From Dehalococcoidia bacterium (GTDB taxonomy: Bacteria; Chloroflexota; Dehalococcoidia; GIF9; AB-539-J10), in contig JAUWOR010000009.1 in NCBI GenBank assembly GCA_030612025.1, positions 1 through 64,000 of the forward strand: a stretch of DNA of 64,000 nt. Direction: 5' to 3'. This document shows, piece after piece, positions 57,456-64,000 of the stretch. Both the position numbers and the translations under genes were made by a program. The notes beneath the pieces were generated by a model. That model was not told the DNA's origin. It was given only the letters and a program-made list of their open reading frames with translations, and did no database searches. Each line of letters opens with the position of its first letter. Position 1 is the first letter of the stretch.

Positions 57456-59585
57456 GTGGCTAGGACAAAACAGAGGAGCACATTCAGGCCAAAGCGGAAG
57501 AGAGTCAAAAGCCGGCCGGAGAGGAATGGGTTTCTCAGTTTTATCGCTTCCCCGGTGGCGAGAAGGCTCACATTAGTTGTTGTCATAGTAGGATTGCTGT
57601 ATTGGTTTAGACCTAGTTTGATTGCCTGGGGCGCTAGTATATTTACCTTGTTTGGTTTTGGCTTAATTGTAATAGCTATTGCCCTGGGCGTGATAATCTG
57701 GGTGATATGGGGGGGGCACTTCTCTGCTTCAGTAAGGAAGTGGAATTGGTTTGTGGGAGGGGCTCTCGTAGCTTTGGCTATTTGGGGAGCGATTTCTTTT
57801 TCCTCCCCTACATTGGGGGGCAGAATTGGGCGGAGGATAATAGGGACCACCGATGTTGTAGGAGGTCTCCGGCTAGCTGGGCTTGTTCTTCTGGGTATCA
57901 TTTTTATAGCTCCGCGCAAGTTCTGGGGTGGGCTAACGAATGCTTTTAGAAGTAGTTGGCGGTTTCTTACCAAGGTTTCTCAACCGCGTCCTAAAGTCGC
58001 TGCCCCTCAAGTTCCTCACCAGTTAGAGGGTGGGGAAGGGCGAGTATCCCTTACCCCTCCTAAAGTTGTCTCTCCTGAGACAGCGGTAAAGCCTGTCCCA
58101 ATTCCTGAAGTAGTGCCAGAGATGAGAAGACATGAGCCAATTCTCACCCCCAGTGGTTGGCAGCTTCCGCCTATTGATATCTTAGATAAACCAACTGAGG
58201 TGGAGCTGAACATAGAGGATATTAACAAAAGGGCTCGGCTGATTGAGGAAGCTTTAACCAGCTATGGTGTAGAAGCTAAAGTGGTGCAAATAAACATGGG
58301 TCCCACTGTAACGCAGTTTGGCGTTGAGCCTGGCTGGGACAGGAAATATAAGGAAATCAGAGAGAAAGGCCAAACGAGGTTGGAAGAAGTATCAAGGACC
58401 AGGGTCAGGGTAGAGCGCATTACTTCTTTGTCCAATGATTTAGCTTTAGCCTTAGCTGCCCCAAGCATCAGAATTGAAGCTCCTGTGCCGGGGAAATCAA
58501 TGGTGGGCATTGAGGTTCCTAACATAGTGTTCGGCTCAGTTGCCCTTCGCAGCGTGATAGAGACTACCGCTTTTCAGAGGATTAAAGCTAGGTCGAAGAT
58601 AGCTACAGCTTTAGGTAAGGGTGCTGGAGGTGAAGCTATAGCGGCGGACCTGGCCAGGATGCCTCACCTGCTCATTGCTGGGGCTACTGGCAGCGGCAAA
58701 ACTGTTTGTCTTGATTCTATCATTTGCTGCTTACTTCTGCATAATAGCCCTGACGATGTCCGGTTCATTATGGTTGACCCTAAAAGGGTGGAGCTGGTGG
58801 CCTTTAATGGATTGCCTCATTTAGCTGCCCCTGTGGTTGTGGATAGTGATAAAGCCATCAAAGCGCTGAGGTGGCTTAATTTAGAGATGGATAATAGATA
58901 TCGCCAATTTGCCCAAGCGGGAGTGCGCAACATCGAAGGTTACAACAAAGACCGCTCACCCGGAGAGGGATTACCATACTTGGTGCTGATCATTGATGAA
59001 CTAGCTGATTTGATGATGACGGCCTTTGATGAAGTAGAGCATACCCTTTGTCGCTTAGCTCAATTGGCTCGAGCCACCGGCATTCATCTTGTTGTGGCTA
59101 CTCAACGCCCTTCAGTGGATGTAGTTACCGGGCTTATTAAAGCTAATTTCCCTACTCGTGTCAGCTTCGCAGTTACCTCTCAGGTAGATTCGCGTACTAT
59201 CCTTGACGTGGTTGGTGCTGAGAAATTGCTGGGCAGGGGTGATATGCTTTACATGCCGAGTGAAGCGGGTAGGCCTAAGCGTCTCCAGGGAAGCTATATT
59301 TCCGATGTTGAAATCGAGAGGTTAGTATATTTCTGGGGGAACCAGCGTGAGGTGAAGGTGAGTTCGGTTAACTTTGATGAGGTGGCTGAGCTTGTCACCT
59401 TAAGTCAAAGGTTAGCTTCTGCCCCCGACCCTCTTTTAGGGGAGGCGAAGCGTTTAGCGCAGGAGCACAAGCATGTATCTACCTCTTTCTTGCAACGGCG
59501 TCTTCGTGTTGGCTATCCCAGGGCAGCACGCCTTATGGAAGCGTTAGAACAGGAAGGCTTGCTTGAAATCAAATCTCAAAGATAA
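57456..59585 (+). CDS. ftsK: DNA translocase FtsK
   Basis: N-terminal TMs, GATGSGKT, IDELAD, ATQRPS, gamma domain. Confidence 0.95.
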   Translation: MARTKQRSTFRPKRKRVKSRPERNGFLSFIASPVARRLTLVVVIVGLLYWFRPSLIAWGASIFTLFGFGLIVIAIALGVIIWVIWGGHFSASVRKWNWFVGGALVALAIWGAISFSSPTLGGRIGRRIIGTTDVVGGLRLAGLVLLGIIFIAPRKFWGGLTNAFRSSWRFLTKVSQPRPKVAAPQVPHQLEGGEGRVSLTPPKVVSPETAVKPVPIPEVVPEMRRHEPILTPSGWQLPPIDILDKPTEVELNIEDINKRARLIEEALTSYGVEAKVVQINMGPTVTQFGVEPGWDRKYKEIREKGQTRLEEVSRTRVRVERITSLSNDLALALAAPSIRIEAPVPGKSMVGIEVPNIVFGSVALRSVIETTAFQRIKARSKIATALGKGAGGEAIAADLARMPHLLIAGATGSGKTVCLDSIICCLLLHNSPDDVRFIMVDPKRVELVAFNGLPHLAAPVVVDSDKAIKALRWLNLEMDNRYRQFAQAGVRNIEGYNKDRSPGEGLPYLVLIIDELADLMMTAFDEVEHTLCRLAQLARATGIHLVVATQRPSVDVVTGLIKANFPTRVSFAVTSQVDSRTILDVVGAEKLLGRGDMLYMPSEAGRPKRLQGSYISDVEIERLVYFWGNQREVKVSSVNFDEVAELVTLSQRLASAPDPLLGEAKRLAQEHKHVSTSFLQRRLRVGYPRAARLMEALEQEGLLEIKSQR

Positions 59586-59674
59586 AAAATCAAAATTACA
59601 GGTCAAAACTTAAAAACTTTTGATTTTTGCTTTGCATCTTTGCCTTTTGCATTTTAATCTTTTATTTAGCTTTG

Positions 59675-60892
59675 CTAGGCACCAAACTTATCCAGTTTCA
59701 AGGCGTTAGCCATAGCCAGGGGCAGGATATCCACGGCGGGAAAACGACCCATGCCGCCGGCAAGGCAAGCTCGTTCTGAGAACTCACTTACATCGTCAGG
59801 ACGACACCATCTTGACCTCAGCATGAAGGGAACCGAGTGCCAGCTATGCATGGCTAAAGTTGCTGGAGTGGAATGGTCTCCAGTGACAATCAGGACATCT
59901 GGGTTCTGTTTGAGCAGGTTAGGAAGAGCGGCATCAACTTCCTCAACGGCGCGAACTTTAGCCTCGAAGTCGCCATCCTCCCCTCTAGAATCAGTTGCCT
60001 TAAAGTGGATAAAGAAGAAATCGTAGTCCTGGTAATGATAATGCAAGCTTTCTAACTGGTCTGTTATACTGCCACCTGCTGGCAATATCTGCATTCCCAC
60101 CAGCCTGGCCAAACCACGATACATGGGATATACGGCGATAGCAGCTGGCTTTAGCTTATAGATTTCAGGTATAGTGGGGATGTCTGGACGCTGGGAAAAG
60201 CCGCGCATAAGCACCATGTTGGCAAGAGTTTCATTCTTTAAGCAGGCTCTTGCCTGTGAGACAAACTCGTTGGCGATTTCTGCTGTTCTCTGTGCTTGTG
60301 GTACTAGAGCCTCTACCTTTTTGGGAACCAAGCCTACTTGCTGAGGGTCAGAATCCGTTAGCTCCCATGATAAACCTCCGCCTCTAAGAATGAGCACAAA
60401 TCTGTGTTCCTTCACTGGCGTAACCAGGATTTCGGCTCCATCAATGGCAATTTTATTAAGTAGCTGACATAACTCAGCATTCTTTTCTGTGGTGATTCGC
60501 CCTGCCCTCCTGTCAGTGATAATTCCTCTGCTATCAATAGTGCAAAAGTTGCCCCGAGCGGCGATATCCCCTGGCTTTAGCTCCAAGTCTATTCCCAGAG
60601 CCTCAATGATTCCCCGCCCGATATTGTATTTGATAGGGTCATAACCAAAGATTGCTAGATGTCCCGGCGCACTCCCAGGTGTAATTCCTGGGCTTACCGG
60701 GTCAATAAGGCCACAAATTGACTCCTTGGCTATCTGGTCTAGATTTGGTTTTTTGGCTGACTCCAGCTCAGTCTTGCCAGTTTTGGAATGAGGCAATCCA
60801 CCTACGCCATCAATTATTAGAAGCACTATCTTAGATGGAGAAGTGTGGGAGAGTTTCTTCAGGTGCTCAAATCCAATCATTGTATTGGCCAT
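59675..60892 (-). CDS. apgM: 2,3-BPG-independent phosphoglycerate mutase (ApgM type)
   Basis: IIDG, PGSAPGHL, DRRAGRI, TGDHSTP. Confidence 0.92.
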   Translation of the reverse strand: MANTMIGFEHLKKLSHTSPSKIVLLIIDGVGGLPHSKTGKTELESAKKPNLDQIAKESICGLIDPVSPGITPGSAPGHLAIFGYDPIKYNIGRGIIEALGIDLELKPGDIAARGNFCTIDSRGIITDRRAGRITTEKNAELCQLLNKIAIDGAEILVTPVKEHRFVLILRGGGLSWELTDSDPQQVGLVPKKVEALVPQAQRTAEIANEFVSQARACLKNETLANMVLMRGFSQRPDIPTIPEIYKLKPAAIAVYPMYRGLARLVGMQILPAGGSITDQLESLHYHYQDYDFFFIHFKATDSRGEDGDFEAKVRAVEEVDAALPNLLKQNPDVLIVTGDHSTPATLAMHSWHSVPFMLRSRWCRPDDVSEFSERACLAGGMGRFPAVDILPLAMANALKLDKFGA

Positions 60893-60982
60893 TTTATCCC
60901 TTGAGTTCGCTGTGTGGAGGGAAGAGGCAGCGGAGATTCTTCGCTTTGCTCAGAATGACAAAGAGGTAAAGCTTGCCGCTGT

Positions 60983-61234
60983 TCATTTGTAGGCATTTCC
61001 CCTTGCGGATATCCTGAATACCAGTATAGTTTTATCAAATTTTCTTAGTAGCACCCTGTACTTACCTACCCTAACCCGATAAATGTACTTTTCACCCTCT
61101 ATAGGCTTCAAATCCAGTCCTAATCCTTCAGACAATTTATAAAGAGCGATATCAACCAAGCCCTTATATCCCCCAGGTAGCTTCTTATATTGTTTGGCTG
61201 CCTCCTTAGAAAACTTTATTTCAAATCTTCCCAA
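60983..61234 (-). CDS. relE: RelE-family toxin
   Basis: YRVRVGKYRVL...R.NAYK. Confidence 0.88.
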   Translation of the reverse strand: MGRFEIKFSKEAAKQYKKLPGGYKGLVDIALYKLSEGLGLDLKPIEGEKYIYRVRVGKYRVLLRKFDKTILVFRISARGNAYK

Positions 61235-61419
61235 CTGGTAACCTGGCCTTTCTCATACTCTTTCAAAGCCTTGGTGTATGATGCCTTTTCCTTATCAGTT
61301 AGGGGAGAAACATCGTTTTCGATTAAAGTCTTTGAGAATATGTCCACCAGAGTATCTCGAGGCAATGCCTTGAGCATCACTATAATGCTCTTCTCAGGTA
61401 TTGAGATTGTCTTTGCCAT
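61216..61419 (-). CDS. Antitoxin partner of RelE
   Basis: PLT..EK...EYEKGQVTSWEDLK; GGAGG RBS; overlaps the toxin. Confidence 0.8.
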   Translation of the reverse strand: MAKTISIPEKSIIVMLKALPRDTLVDIFSKTLIENDVSPLTDKEKASYTKALKEYEKGQVTSWEDLK

Positions 61420-61721
61420 TTCTCCTCCTTTATCTATATTGCTATTATACTGCCCGCGCAATTGCTTTGTATAGCTCATATCTATTTCTCCATATTTGTA
61501 GTATGACCCTGAGGAGGCCCACCCAAGTCCACCCTCACTTTAATCCTCTCCCGTCAAGGGAGAGGAAATTCGGCTCCTCGCAATGAGATAAAGAACTACC
61601 AGGGCCTTTGTTCCAAGCATAAAGTGGAAGATACCCTTATACTTTGAGATGTTACCCAGCTAGCTGAATGAGATCACGCCGTTTGACAAGCCATGTTGTT
61701 GACACGTAGCATAAGGATGCA

Positions 61722-62720
61722 TTGGTAATGCCAGAAAACAAGGAACAAAAGCTTATCTTAGGGGTAGACCTTGGCGGCACTAAGATTGCTACCGCCCTTG
61801 CCACTGCCCAAGGGGAGATTCTGGTGCGAGGGCGTCGCTCTACGCCGGCTCAAGCTGGTCCTGATGCCGTGATAAAAAGCATTTGTGCCTCTATTGACAA
61901 AATCTTATCTGCTAAAAAATTGGAGCCATCTCAGCTTTTGGGTATAGGTATTGCTGCTGCTGGCATTATAGACAGCGATAAGGGCAAGGTTGTTTCCTCT
62001 CCTAATCTTCCTGGCTGGCATGAAGTACCATTGGGAGATGCTGTTGAACAGAGATTTGGCATTCCTACCTATTTAGGCAATGATGCCACTCTGGCTGCTT
62101 TGGGAGAGTGGTGCTTTGGACTGAAGAAGGGAATTGCTAATCTCATTTATATTACCGTGAGCACTGGCATCGGGGGAGGCATCATTGCTGGTGGCAAGTT
62201 ATATACCGGAGCTTGCGGAGTCGCTGGCGAAATTGGGCACATGACTATAGATATAAATGGACCAAAGTGCAACTGTGGCAATATCGGCTGCTGGGAAACC
62301 CTAGCCTCAGGCACAGCTTTAGCTAGAGAAGCAGTGAAGCAAATCAGGGAAGGTGCCAAAACATCTATTATTGAGCTCGTGAATGGCGACATAAGCAAAA
62401 TTGATGCCAAGGTTGTGGACCTGGCCGCCAAACAGGGAGATGAGTTGGCTAAGGAGCTAATTTCCCGTTTGGGCTATTATCTTGGGGTGGGCTTGGTTAA
62501 TTTAGTCAATATTTTCAACCCCGAGCTGATATTGATAGGTGGTGGTGTTGCCAAGACGGGTGATTTATTACTTCAGCCGGCAATAAAAGTGGTTAAGGAG
62601 AGAGCCTTCAGCACACCAGCGAATGCTGTTAAAATCAAGCCAGCTTTGCTGGGGGACGATTCTGGCCTGTTAGGGGCAGCAGCCTTTGTTCTGGAGCGCT
62701 CTAAGAATTACAGGAGGTGA
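61722..62720 (+). CDS. ROK-family sugar kinase (glucokinase)
   Basis: GVDLGGTK, NDA, GEIGH, CNCGNIGCWE. Confidence 0.93.
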   Translation: MVMPENKEQKLILGVDLGGTKIATALATAQGEILVRGRRSTPAQAGPDAVIKSICASIDKILSAKKLEPSQLLGIGIAAAGIIDSDKGKVVSSPNLPGWHEVPLGDAVEQRFGIPTYLGNDATLAALGEWCFGLKKGIANLIYITVSTGIGGGIIAGGKLYTGACGVAGEIGHMTIDINGPKCNCGNIGCWETLASGTALAREAVKQIREGAKTSIIELVNGDISKIDAKVVDLAAKQGDELAKELISRLGYYLGVGLVNLVNIFNPELILIGGGVAKTGDLLLQPAIKVVKERAFSTPANAVKIKPALLGDDSGLLGAAAFVLERSKNYRR

Positions 62721-62726
62721 TAATTT

Positions 62727-62882
62727 ATGTTTATTGGACATAGTAGTGCCGGGCTGATTATAGGAATAGCCAGTCTAATTTTCGGTATTGTGGTGATGAT
62801 CTTTCCCAAAATCCTCAATTATCTGGTGGGCATTTATCTTATCGTGGTGGGAATAATAGCCATTGTTGCTTACCTGATTTAA
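62727..62882 (+). CDS. DUF3096-like small membrane protein (not in ORF track)
   Basis: 51 aa, IFGIVVMIFPKILNYLVGIYLIVVG; GGAGGTG RBS. Confidence 0.8.
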   Translation: MFIGHSSAGLIIGIASLIFGIVVMIFPKILNYLVGIYLIVVGIIAIVAYLI

Positions 62883-63100
62883 CCCAAAAGTATAGAGGCT
62901 ATTTAGCAATCGGTCTGTCATTCTAAGCGAGTGAGCCGAAGCCTTGAACGAAGTGAAGGGGAAGAATCTCACCGCGCAGGATATGCTCCGCGAAGAACCC
63001 TTCGTCATGATCAGGGCGGCGTCTGGAGGTCCTTCGCTAGCGCCCGGGGTGCCAGTTAAACGAGCCAAAAGTGTAGAGATTTATTTTTTGTATGGCTTTA

Positions 63101-63176
63101 TGGTGGGCGGTAGAGGACTTGAACCTCTGACCTCCTGTGTGTAAAACAGGCGCTCTAACCACTGAGCTAACCGCCC
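63101..63176 (-). tRNA. tRNA-Val(TAC)
   Basis: Full cloverleaf, loop TTTACAC, encoded CCA. Confidence 0.96.
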
Positions 63177-63195
63177 GTCCCTCGCCAGATAAAGG

Positions 63196-63272
63196 TGGCA
63201 CGCCTGGCGGGATTTGAACCCGCGGCCTCAGCCTCCGCAGGGCTGCGCTCTATCCAGCTGAGCTACAGGCGC
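63196..63272 (-). tRNA. tRNA-Arg(GCG)
   Basis: Cloverleaf with CAGCC-CTGCGGA-GGCTG arm; CCA. Confidence 0.93.
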
Positions 63273-63332
63273 ATACACACCCCGAAAAGTCCCTCGCTTC
63301 GCTTAGTGTACTTTTCGGGGGCCCCATCCAAT

Positions 63333-63418
63333 TGGTGCCGAAGGAGGGACTTGAACCCTCACGTCCTTGCGGACACTACGCCCTGAACGTAGCGCGTCTG
63401 CCATTCCGCCACTTCGGC
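63333..63418 (-). tRNA. tRNA-Leu(CAG)
   Basis: Long variable arm; loop TTCAGGG; CCA. Confidence 0.96.
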
Positions 63419-63420
63419 TT

Positions 63421-63804
63421 TTATTCCTCTGGCACAAATTCTCCCCTTGCCAGGGATACAAAGATCACTGCTAATATTCCCAAAATGCCCGATGGAAGGG
63501 CACAGATAGCCCCGGCTAGGGACAAGCCAAAACTTTTCCTTCTTATGGCTGAGGTGCCACCCACTATAGCCACTATGCCCAGTACAGCAACGACAATCCC
63601 TAGGATAATCACTATAGTTAGTCTTGCGCCAAAAAAATCTCCAAACTCGGGAAAGAAGGGAAAGCATGGGTGCCAAAATGGTATGCTAAGCGCCATTAAA
63701 GCGGCTATTAGCCCTCCGCCGATTACCTCAAATACCCCCACTATTATGCTTAAGATTCCTCCAGCGCTAAGTAACCCACCACGACCATTACTATCAGATG
63801 CCAT
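63421..63804 (-). CDS. Small 3-TM membrane protein between tRNA genes
   Basis: 127 aa hydrophobic; GAGGAGG RBS. Confidence 0.8.
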   Translation of the reverse strand: MASDSNGRGGLLSAGGILSIIVGVFEVIGGGLIAALMALSIPFWHPCFPFFPEFGDFFGARLTIVIILGIVVAVLGIVAIVGGTSAIRRKSFGLSLAGAICALPSGILGILAVIFVSLARGEFVPEE

Positions 63805-63824
63805 TTCCTTACCTCCTCATTTTA

Positions 63825-63900
63825 TGGTGGGCAGTAGAGGATTTGGACCTCTGACCTCTTGCGTGTGAAGCAAGCGCTCTCACCACTGAGCTAACCGCCC
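63825..63900 (-). tRNA. tRNA-Val(CAC) with atypical T-loop
   Basis: Cloverleaf, loop TTCACAC; T-loop TCCAAAT instead of TTCRAAT. Confidence 0.85.
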
Positions 63901-64000
63901 AAATCATATTTATTTTAACCCTAAAAGCTAGCTTTGTAAACATAAAGAGTGTCAGAGTGCTTAGTAACCTTACCTTCCTGTCGTTCTGAGGATGCACTTC

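Noticed and set aside
61480-61680. Possible REP-interrupted membrane-protein remnant on the minus strand
   Set aside because: Hydrophobic fragments are visible but I cannot assign a family or boundaries.
62775-63997. ORFs overlapping the tRNAs and REPs (62775..63068, 62944..63144, 63195..63386, 63332..63868, 63809..63997)
   Set aside because: Spurious frames across tRNA genes, repeats or antisense to the membrane protein.
1-64000. Prophage, IS transposase, integrase, rRNA or CRISPR-Cas
   Set aside because: No such motifs were recognised in the ORF track or the sequence.

Overview
Bacterial chromosomal segment, most likely Chloroflexota/Dehalococcoidia (inferred from gene content and order). 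The core around the probable replication origin runs fmt-dnaA-nadD-gyrB-hisS-relA-rpsT-lexA-ilvE-dinB-pyrF-folC, followed later by tldD/pmbA, PAC2, udg, rnj, ftsK, apgM, a ROK kinase and four tRNAs. The first ~21.6 kb is an accessory/defence hotspot downstream of a radical SAM gene. Its cassettes are a PvuII-like m4C MTase with a small protein and a 914-aa GHKL ATPase, AbiE, an ImmA-HTH/PIN pair, several toxin-antitoxin (TA) pairs and a GGT gene with an attC-like site. They are separated by decayed copies of a composite repeat built from the 3' ends of three protein genes, one being the radical SAM gene itself; no integrase is visible. The same 3'-end duplication flanks a DUF559/HicAB insert at the DUF951 gene. 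At 40.5-50.7 kb a c-di-GMP-II riboswitch precedes atypical response regulators and a secreted/surface protein cluster, interleaved with TA modules and TA debris. Four families of small palindromic or heptamer repeats are scattered throughout; several lie in frame inside TldD, PmbA, RNase J and RpsT. All calls come from reading the sequence; no searches were run.
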